From the NCBI RefSeq assembly GCF_000189295.2, contig NC_016803.1:210001-242000 (forward strand): a stretch of DNA of 32,000 nt. The letters are read 5' to 3'. Position numbers and translations under genes: made by a program. The notes under the pieces were generated by a model. It was not told where the DNA came from, did no database searches, and saw only the letters and a program-made list of their open reading frames with translations. This DNA is from Pseudodesulfovibrio mercurii (GTDB taxonomy: Bacteria > Desulfobacterota > Desulfovibrionia > Desulfovibrionales > Desulfovibrionaceae). Shown one piece after another: positions 25,529-32,000 of the stretch; position 1 is the first letter of the stretch, and each line of letters begins with the position of its first letter.

Positions 25529-25663
25529 CAAATTGTTGTCGAGGCCTGGGACGAATCGCCGCAGGCCTTCGCAGACGGGGGCCCACGGAGGTCGCGAACC
25601 GGTAGAGGGGATTGCGGCCGGCAAGTTGCTTCCGGCCGGGGTCTGGTGTACCCGACATCAGAC

Positions 25664-26794
25664 ATGCGCATCCTTCATATAAGCAAGTTCAGCCACCCGG
25701 AGCGCGGCGGCATCGAGTCCTTCGTCAGGGACCTGACCACCGAACAGGCCCGCCAGGGCCATGACGTCGCCGTTCTCTGTCACCAGGCGCACCCATGGAG
25801 AGCCACGGAACGGAGCGTTTCGGAGGGCGTTGTCTCCGTGCAGGCACGGATTTTGTGCAATGTGGGCTTTGCCCCCGTCTCTCCGCTGTTTCCCCTGCAT
25901 CTGCGGCGTCTTGTCCGGGAGAAGCGGCCCGAGATCATCCATTTGCACCTGCCGAACCCGGCGGCGCTGTACTCGGGGTGGTTCCCCGCCGATATTCCCT
26001 TGGTGATCCATTGGCATGCCGACGCGGACGGTCTGCCCGGCCGCCTGTATCGCAGCTTGTACCCTGTCTATGGGCTGTTCGAGGCCAAATGCCTCTCGCT
26101 GGCCGACTCCGTGATCGCGACATCGCCGGCCTACGCCGCGTCGAGCCGATCCCTGGCGCACCTGCGGGACAAATGCGTGGTGGTGCCCCTGGGGCTCGAT
26201 CTTGCCCGTTATCCGGAAGACGCGCAGCTTTCGCGGACGCAGGAGCCCACCATCCTGAGCGTGGGCCGCTTCGCCTATTACAAGGGATATGAAACCCTGG
26301 TCGAGGCGGCGCGGATGGTCCCGGCGGCGCGGTTCGTCATTGTCGGGGACGGCCCGCTGCACGGAAAAATCAGCTCCATGATCCGTGAGCGGGGGCTTGC
26401 CGACCGGGTCCGACTTCCGGGTTCTCTGCCGGACCGGGAACTTCGGGTCCTGTTGCAGCTGGCGACCCTTGTCTGCCTTCCCTCGGTGGACCGAGCCGAG
26501 GCCTTCGGCCTGGTCCAGCTGGAAGCCATGCGCTATGGAGTTCCCCTTGTCAGCACGGCCATTCCCGGGTCAGGCGTCGACTGGGTCAACCAGGACGGCG
26601 TCACCGGCCTGGTGGTACCGCCAGGGAACGCGGAGGCGCTCGCCCACGCCTTGCAATGGGTCGTCGATCATGAGCAAACCGCCGAAGCCATGGGCAAGGC
26701 GGGGCGCCTTCGCCTGGAGTCCCATTTTACCATTGAAAGGGTAACGTCGGCGCTCGACAACGTGTATGCGCGAGTACGGGGGCTTTCAGGGTAG
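25664..26794 (+). CDS. glycosyltransferase family 4
   Basis: MRILHISKFSHPERGGIESFVRDL N-terminus and PSVDRAEAFGLVQLEAMRYGVPLVSTAIPGSGV signature. ATG at 25664; the track start at 25646 is GTG. Confidence 0.85.
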   Translation: MRILHISKFSHPERGGIESFVRDLTTEQARQGHDVAVLCHQAHPWRATERSVSEGVVSVQARILCNVGFAPVSPLFPLHLRRLVREKRPEIIHLHLPNPAALYSGWFPADIPLVIHWHADADGLPGRLYRSLYPVYGLFEAKCLSLADSVIATSPAYAASSRSLAHLRDKCVVVPLGLDLARYPEDAQLSRTQEPTILSVGRFAYYKGYETLVEAARMVPAARFVIVGDGPLHGKISSMIRERGLADRVRLPGSLPDRELRVLLQLATLVCLPSVDRAEAFGLVQLEAMRYGVPLVSTAIPGSGVDWVNQDGVTGLVVPPGNAEALAHALQWVVDHEQTAEAMGKAGRLRLESHFTIERVTSALDNVYARVRGLSG

Positions 26795-27045
26795 TCGTAC
26801 GGACATGGGGCAATGGGCGGAAACGGGTCAGGGTCATCGCCTGCCCCCGTTGTCTCCACCGCAGCCTTCGGGGAGCAGGGAAGGCATGGAAACACGGAAC
26901 TGGTCCCGCGATCACAGCCAGGGAGTTCTTCGAAGCCGGGAATGCGATGTGAACCCACGGTCACCCGATGACGAATCCGAAATGCCGTCAACCGGTTGTC
27001 ATCGTTCAGCCGTCCATCCCCCCCCATGCGAGGGTGGTCGGAGGG

Positions 27046-27089
27046 GCGAAAAAGGAAAAAGGGTTTACGGATTATCTCCGTAAACCCTT
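27046..27089 (-). terminator. rho-independent terminator downstream of tRNA-Pro
   Basis: Perfect 12 bp stem AAGGGTTTACGG / CCGTAAACCCTT (27059-27089) with a 7 nt loop. On the minus strand it is followed by UUUUUCCUUUUUC. Confidence 0.7.
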
Positions 27090-27097
27090 GTCTTTTC

Positions 27098-27174
27098 TGG
27101 TCGGGATGAGAGGATTTGAACCTCCGATCTCTGCGTCCCGAACGCAGCGCTCTACCAGACTGAGCCACATCCCG
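27098..27174 (-). tRNA. tRNA-Pro (anticodon CGG)
   Basis: The reverse complement folds as a cloverleaf: CGGGATG TG GCTC AGTCTGGTA GAGC G CTGCG TTCGGGA CGCAG AGATC GGAGG TTCAAAT CCTCT CATCCCG A CCA. It has the C1-G72 pair and A73 typical of bacterial tRNA-Pro, and an encoded CCA. Confidence 0.9.
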
Positions 27175-27414
27175 ATGCACGTGAGGAGTGGTGTTTAGCG
27201 TAGGGGGAATAAAAAGGCAAGGCAAAATTACACATGAAGTTCAAGGTTGTGGACAAAGGGGCTAAAGCTCCTTAAAAGAAGGGATTGCAAGACATAATAA
27301 TACCCTGCCGCATCGGGGCCGGGTACTGTCGCATACTGGTGGCCGCTTTTCCGCGGCACGGGGCCGTCCCGGGCGGTGGGGGGCGGAATGCGGCGTTTCC
27401 AAGGAGTTGTATAC

Positions 27415-28467
27415 GTGATCACAGTTCTCGTCGTTGATGATTCCGCCTTTATGCGCAAGGCCATCAGCACGATGCTCGACAAGGACCCCGGCATCACCGT
27501 GGTGGGGGTGGCGCGCAACGGCCGCGAAGGCCTGGACATGGTGCGCAAGCTTGACCCCGACGTCGTGACCATGGACATCGAGATGCCCGAGATGGACGGC
27601 CTGACCGCTCTTCGGCACATCATGATGGAATGCCCCCGGCCCGTGCTCATGGTCAGCTCCCTGACCACCGAGGGCGCGGAGTCCACCCTGAAGGCCATGG
27701 AGCTCGGCGCCGTGGATTTCATCCCCAAACAGCTTTCCAAGGTCTCGCTGGACATCATCAAGATCGAGCGCGACCTCATCGACAAGGTCAAGACCGTGGC
27801 CGCGCGCAAGATGCGCCACGTGGCCGCCCGGCCAGCGTCCCGTCAGGCGGCTCCGCGCAGGCCCGCGCCCCCGCCCCGGCGGGACGGCCGTCCCGTGCGC
27901 GATGTGGTGGCCATCGGCGTGTCCACCGGCGGTCCGCCCGTGGTCCAGAAGATCCTGTCCTCGCTGCCCGCCGACTTTCCGGCGGGCATCGTCATCGCCC
28001 AGCACATGCCCGCGGCCTTCACCGGCCCCTTCGCCGCCCGGCTCGACAGCGTCAGCCGGATATCGGTCAAGGAGGCCGAGACCGGTGATGTGCTCCGGCC
28101 CGGCCTTGCCTTCGTGGCTCCGGGCGGCAGGCACATCGTGCTCGACCAGAAGGTCAGCCGCGTGGAGGTGGTGGTCACCGACGAACCCCGCGACGCCCTG
28201 TACAAGCCCTCGGCCAACGTGCTCATCAACTCGGTGGCGCAGGCCGTGGGACGCAGGGGGCTCGGGGTCATCCTGACCGGCATGGGCAACGACGGCTGCG
28301 AAGGCATCCGCGCCCTCAAGGGGAAAGGGGGGCGGGCCCTGGCCCAGAGCGATTCCACCTGCGTGGTCTACGGCATGCCCAAGGCCGTGGTGGAGGAGAA
28401 CCTGGCGGACGAGATCGTGGACATCGACGACATGGCCGAAAGCATCATGGCGAATCTGTACAAATAA
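27415..28467 (+). CDS. cheB: chemotaxis response regulator protein-glutamate methylesterase CheB
   Basis: REC domain (VLVVDDS, VVTMDIEMPEMDG) plus a methylesterase domain with GVSTGGP, AQHMP and GMGNDG (Ser-His-Asp). The start is GTG 27415 with AAGGAG 8 nt upstream; the track start at 27376 is less likely. Confidence 0.9.
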   Translation: MITVLVVDDSAFMRKAISTMLDKDPGITVVGVARNGREGLDMVRKLDPDVVTMDIEMPEMDGLTALRHIMMECPRPVLMVSSLTTEGAESTLKAMELGAVDFIPKQLSKVSLDIIKIERDLIDKVKTVAARKMRHVAARPASRQAAPRRPAPPPRRDGRPVRDVVAIGVSTGGPPVVQKILSSLPADFPAGIVIAQHMPAAFTGPFAARLDSVSRISVKEAETGDVLRPGLAFVAPGGRHIVLDQKVSRVEVVVTDEPRDALYKPSANVLINSVAQAVGRRGLGVILTGMGNDGCEGIRALKGKGGRALAQSDSTCVVYGMPKAVVEENLADEIVDIDDMAESIMANLYK

Positions 28468-28505
28468 CGAACGACCCGCGAAATGGAAGGGGGAGGTCTG
28501 GCAAC

Positions 28506-30437
28506 ATGGCGGATTGTAGCGATTATCTGGCCCTACTGAGCAGCGACAACAAGGAGATCGTCCGGGAGAGCGCCTTCAGGGCCGGAGAGGACAACTGCGT
28601 CGAAGCCGTGCCCAAGCTGGCGGAGCTGCTCAAGACCAACCACCTGGGCATCCAGGAGGCGGTGGACAGCTCCCTGCGCAAGATCGGCGGCCGGGAGACC
28701 GTCGAGGCGGTCATTCCGCTGCTGCGCAGCGACGAGGCCCCGGTGCGCAACCTGGCCATGGACATCCTGCGCGAGGTGGGCAATCAGGACATGCCCTCGC
28801 TCATCGAGCTGACCCAGGACGAGGACCCGGACATCCGTATTTTCGTGGCCGACATCCTCGGCTCCACCGGCAACCTCCTGGCGGTCCAGCCTCTGTGCGA
28901 GGCCCTGCTCAGGGACCCGGAGGTCAACGTCCGCTACCAGGCGGCCGTGAGCCTGGGCGAGCTGGGCATGGAGGAGGCCACCCCCTGCCTGAACAAGGCC
29001 ATCAACGACGAGGAGTGGGTCCAGTATTCCGTGATCGAGGCCCTGACCAAGATCGGGCACACCAGCTCGGTGGACGCCCTGGTCAAGGCCCTGGACGGGG
29101 CGTCCGACCTGGTCGCCTCCATGATCATCGACTCCCTGGGCGAGATGGGCAATATCAAGGCCGTGACCATGCTGCTCAAGCGCATGGCCGACGCCCCAAC
29201 CGCCCTGCGCAACAAGATCGTCAAGGCCATCGTCAAGATTCTCGGCGGCAAGTCTCTGACCCTGCTCAGCGACGACGAGCGCGAGCGCTTCCGCAGGTAT
29301 CTGTTGGTGGCTCTGCAGGACGAGGACGAGGAGATCCAGGACGCCGCCATCCAGGGGCTGGCCTTCGTGGGCGGCGAGGAGGCTTCGTCCGGCATCCTCA
29401 GGATCGCCGGCGGGCTGGACCAGGACCGCGACCAGGACCGGCTGCGGCTGATCATCGGCTACCTGGCCCGGATCGGCCTGACCGAGGCCCTCAAGGCGGG
29501 GCTCCTCGGCGAGGACCAGGACGTGGCCCGCGTGGCCGTGCAGGTCCTCTCCCAGATCGCCCCCGACGCCTGCTCCCTGGAGGACTGCGTCTGCCGGGTG
29601 CTCATGGACGCCTTCTGGCGGGCGACCCTGCCCGTGCAGCGCCAGATCGTCGGCGTGGTGGCCTCCAAGGGCGGGGAACAGTCCAAGGAATTCTTCATCA
29701 GGGTTCTCGACGAGCACGAGGACGGCACCGTGCTCAAGAGCGCGGTCTACCTGCTCGGCGAGATGCTTCGGCTGCCCGAGGTGGTGGACCGGATATTCCC
29801 GCTCATGGACCACCAGTACGACGACGTCAAGGAGGCCGCCCTGGATGCCTGCATCGCCATCGGCGGTCCGGACGTGCAGGCCCGCTTCCAGGAGATGTTC
29901 CGCAGCCCGGAGCCCATCCGGCGGCTCATGGCCACCTACGCCCTGGGCAAGCTCGGTCCCATGGAGAATCTGGACATCCTGACCCAGGCCGTGGAGGACG
30001 AGATTCCGGATATCCGCAAGGTGGCCATCGAGGCCCTGGCCGGGTCCGGCGGCGACGATGCCGTGTGGCGGCCCCTGGTCCTGCACCGGCTGTCCGACGA
30101 GAGCAAGGACGTGCGTCTGACGGTGATCGAGATCATGGGCCGACATTACGACGAGGAGATGATCCCGCACCTGCTGCACGCCCTGAACGACGAGGATGAC
30201 TGGGTCAAGATCCGGGCCATGGACGCCCTGGGCGAGCACGGCACGGTCCAGGCGGCCCAGGTCATGATCGACATGCTGAAAAACCCCAACCGGTTCGTGG
30301 TCATGAAGGCCATCGAGGCCCTGGGGAACATCGGCGGCAGCGCGGCCTTCGCGGCCTTGCTGGAGGTGACCAACAGCGACGAGTACGAACTGGTCAGCGC
30401 CGCTGAGGAAGCCATCTCCAAGATTCAGGAAATGTAG
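28506..30437 (+). CDS. HEAT-repeat (PBS-lyase HEAT-like) protein
   Basis: 643 aa of tandem units of about 30 residues with recurring D..VR..A..ALG..G patterns: DEAPVRNLAMDILREVG, DPDIRIFVADILGSTG, DPEVNVRYQAAVSLGELG, DEDDWVKIRAMDALGEHG. ATG at 28506 with GGAGG upstream. Confidence 0.85.
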   Translation: MADCSDYLALLSSDNKEIVRESAFRAGEDNCVEAVPKLAELLKTNHLGIQEAVDSSLRKIGGRETVEAVIPLLRSDEAPVRNLAMDILREVGNQDMPSLIELTQDEDPDIRIFVADILGSTGNLLAVQPLCEALLRDPEVNVRYQAAVSLGELGMEEATPCLNKAINDEEWVQYSVIEALTKIGHTSSVDALVKALDGASDLVASMIIDSLGEMGNIKAVTMLLKRMADAPTALRNKIVKAIVKILGGKSLTLLSDDERERFRRYLLVALQDEDEEIQDAAIQGLAFVGGEEASSGILRIAGGLDQDRDQDRLRLIIGYLARIGLTEALKAGLLGEDQDVARVAVQVLSQIAPDACSLEDCVCRVLMDAFWRATLPVQRQIVGVVASKGGEQSKEFFIRVLDEHEDGTVLKSAVYLLGEMLRLPEVVDRIFPLMDHQYDDVKEAALDACIAIGGPDVQARFQEMFRSPEPIRRLMATYALGKLGPMENLDILTQAVEDEIPDIRKVAIEALAGSGGDDAVWRPLVLHRLSDESKDVRLTVIEIMGRHYDEEMIPHLLHALNDEDDWVKIRAMDALGEHGTVQAAQVMIDMLKNPNRFVVMKAIEALGNIGGSAAFAALLEVTNSDEYELVSAAEEAISKIQEM

Positions 30438-30452
30438 GAGCAACCCACCGGA

Positions 30453-31328
30453 ATGTCGTCTCTTTTTTCGAAGACCATATCCCTCGGCAAGGAACTCAAG
30501 ATCACCGATCAGGAGTTCGTCAACCTGCGGGATTTCATCTATGCCGAATGCGGCATCTATATCGCGGACAACCGCAAGTATTTGCTGGAAAACAGGCTCG
30601 GCAACAGGCTCAAGAAGCTGAACCTGAAGAATTTCGACGAATACTACAACCTCCTGCGCTTCGACTCGGCCAAGGGCGCGGAGATGAAGAAGCTCTACGA
30701 GGTCATCACCACCAACGAGACGAGCTTCTACCGCAACCCGCCGCAGCTCAAGGTCTTCCAGGAGGAGGTCCTGCCCGACGTGCTCGACTCCTGCCGGAAG
30801 AAGGGCAGACGGCTGCGCATCTGGTCGGCGGGGTGCTCCACCGGCGAGGAGCCGTACACCATCTCGATCATCATCCACGAGATGCTCAAGGCCGAGATGC
30901 CCGGCTGGGACATCCGCATCACCGCCAACGACCTGTCGGAGCGGGTCCTGGAGTCGGCCCGGCGGGGTGTGTACAACGACTACACCCTGCGGACCACTCC
31001 GGAGGAGGTCGCCGCGCGCTACTTCGACATGAACGACGGACAGAACAAGATCCGGTCCGAGGTCAAGCGGCTGGTCAGTTTCGGGCAGATCAACCTGCGC
31101 GACCGCATGCAGCTCAAGCGGGTGGAGCGTTCCCAGGTCGTTTTTTGCAGAAACGTCATCATCTATTTCGACGACGAGATGAAGAAGCGGGTCATCAACG
31201 CGTTCTACGACAACCTGCTGCCGGGGGGATACCTGATCATCGGCCACTCCGAGTCGCTGCACAACATCACCCGTGCGTTCAAGCCCATTCACTATCCGGG
31301 TGCCATCATCTATCAAAAGGAGGAGTAG
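30453..31328 (+). CDS. cheR: chemotaxis protein-glutamate O-methyltransferase CheR
   Basis: TNETSFYRNPPQL, RIWSAGCSTGEEPYTISI (SAM-binding) and VFCRNVIIYFD motifs. Confidence 0.9.
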   Translation: MSSLFSKTISLGKELKITDQEFVNLRDFIYAECGIYIADNRKYLLENRLGNRLKKLNLKNFDEYYNLLRFDSAKGAEMKKLYEVITTNETSFYRNPPQLKVFQEEVLPDVLDSCRKKGRRLRIWSAGCSTGEEPYTISIIIHEMLKAEMPGWDIRITANDLSERVLESARRGVYNDYTLRTTPEEVAARYFDMNDGQNKIRSEVKRLVSFGQINLRDRMQLKRVERSQVVFCRNVIIYFDDEMKKRVINAFYDNLLPGGYLIIGHSESLHNITRAFKPIHYPGAIIYQKEE

Positions 31329-31387
31329 GACATGTTCCGTGGCGGAATTGATCATGTGGCGCATGCCGTGCTATCCAGGGGGGAGTC

Positions 31388-31756
31388 ATGCCTAAACATA
31401 TTCTGATAGTGGACGATTCGAAGACGGTCAGGAACCTGGTGGCCTTCATCATGAAAAAGGAAGGGTTCAAGGTGACCACGGCGGAGGACGGCCTGGACGG
31501 ACTGGAAAAGCTGTACAGCCTGTCCCACGTGGATCTGATCGTATCCGACGTGAACATGCCGCGCATGGACGGCCTGACCTTCATCAAGACCGTCCGGGAG
31601 CAGGCCGCCTACCGGGACATCCCCATCGTGGTTTTGTCCACCGAGGGCCAGGACAAGGACATTCAGACGGGATTGACCGTGGGCGCGAATCTGTACATGA
31701 TCAAACCCGCCCAGCCGGAAAAGCTCGTCCGCAACGTCAAGATGCTGCTGGGTTAG
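31388..31756 (+). CDS. cheY: CheY-like single-domain response regulator
   Basis: 122 aa REC domain: ILIVDDS, phospho-acceptor in LIVSDVNMPRMDG, T in VLSTEG, K in YMIKP. Confidence 0.9.
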   Translation: MPKHILIVDDSKTVRNLVAFIMKKEGFKVTTAEDGLDGLEKLYSLSHVDLIVSDVNMPRMDGLTFIKTVREQAAYRDIPIVVLSTEGQDKDIQTGLTVGANLYMIKPAQPEKLVRNVKMLLG

Positions 31757-31846
31757 CCGTTCCGGCCACGGACGGCCCGTTAACGCAAATCGACGCGGCG
31801 GGACGCGGGTCCACGAAGGGACCCCGCCGCCGCATGAGGAATCTCG

Positions 31847-32000
31847 ATGAGCCAGGACTTTCTCGACTCGGAAATCTTGTCCGACTTTTTTATTGAAGCC
31901 AAGGAGCACCTGGAGACCATCGAGCCCAACCTGCTCGAACTGGAGAAGGCACCGGACAACCTCGGCCTGTTGAACGAGATCTTCAGGCCTATGCACTCCC
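31847..32000 (+). CDS. cheA: chemotaxis histidine kinase CheA, N-terminal Hpt domain (cut by window edge)
   Basis: Hand translation from ATG 31847 (GAGGAA upstream): MSQDFLDSEILSDFFIEAKEHLETIEPNLLELEKAPDNLGLLNEIFRPMHS... This is the typical CheA P1 start, ending at the phospho-His motif (FR..H). Confidence 0.75.
   Translation, partial: MSQDFLDSEILSDFFIEAKEHLETIEPNLLELEKAPDNLGLLNEIFRPMHS

Noticed and set aside
26668-27225. 185 aa minus-strand ORF and the 26766..27083 plus-strand ORF in the GT4-tRNA spacer
   Set aside because: The minus ORF reads straight through the tRNA-Pro gene and its terminator. Both have non-protein-like composition. The region is better explained as tRNA, terminator and island junction.
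27175-27414. Sigma54 (TGGCAC-N5-TTGC) or FliA-type promoter upstream of cheB
   Set aside because: Near-matches such as GGGATTGCAAG lack the GG element at the required 12 nt spacing, and CTAAAG lacks a GCCGATAA partner. No promoter call is supportable by eye.
28533-31364. 943 aa minus-strand ORF, the longest in the track
   Set aside because: It is exactly antisense to the HEAT-repeat and cheR genes, which have clear family motifs. The translation is a monotonous D/G/V/L/H/Q-rich string with no motifs. This is a typical stop-free antisense frame in high-GC coding DNA.
1-32000. CRISPR arrays, rRNA genes, integrase/recombinase genes, toxin-antitoxin pairs
   Set aside because: I saw no regularly spaced direct repeats, no rRNA-like conserved stretches, and no tyrosine or serine recombinase motifs in any listed ORF. 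No pair of small adjacent ORFs had credible coding character.

Overview
GC-rich bacterial chromosomal segment. Gene content and style resemble a Desulfovibrio-type deltaproteobacterium, but this cannot be proven from sequence alone. There are five blocks. (1) 1-7061, minus strand: a tightly packed five-gene sugar-modification-like operon (AAC(3)-family acetyltransferase homologue, CxxCxxCC-type Cys-rich protein, surface-carbohydrate-biosynthesis-like protein, two unknowns), preceded by a stand-alone DltA-like adenylating enzyme. (2) 7163-12318: a visibly more AT-rich accessory block. It holds a DnaB paralogue that has lost its catalytic ATPase residues, a palindrome-dense divergent control region, and a translationally coupled cassette of a PD-(D/E)xK-like protein, a beta-CASP metallo-beta-lactamase nuclease and a WYL-domain regulator. 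I consider this cassette the best candidate for an undescribed defence or DNA-processing system. The block ends at a decayed tRNA-Pro 3' half and a truncated IS transposase. (3) 12989-26794: a glycan assembly island with a roughly 10 kb, nine-gene minus-strand operon: GT2, DUF2304-like protein, lipoprotein hydrolase, PglB/STT3-type oligosaccharyltransferase with WWDYG and DGG motifs, GT9, Wzm/Wzt ABC exporter, GT4 and FkbM methyltransferase. It also carries two further GT4 genes and a beta-barrel outer membrane protein. (4) An intact tRNA-Pro(CGG) with its terminator at 27046-27174; its 3' half and terminator are the diverged twin of the 12.2 kb remnant. (5) 27415-32000: a chemotaxis operon, cheB, HEAT-repeat protein, cheR, cheY and the start of cheA. 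No CRISPR array or rRNA was seen. Many long ORFs in the track are antisense or alternate-frame shadows typical of high-GC DNA. All family assignments come from motif recognition by eye; no searches were run.
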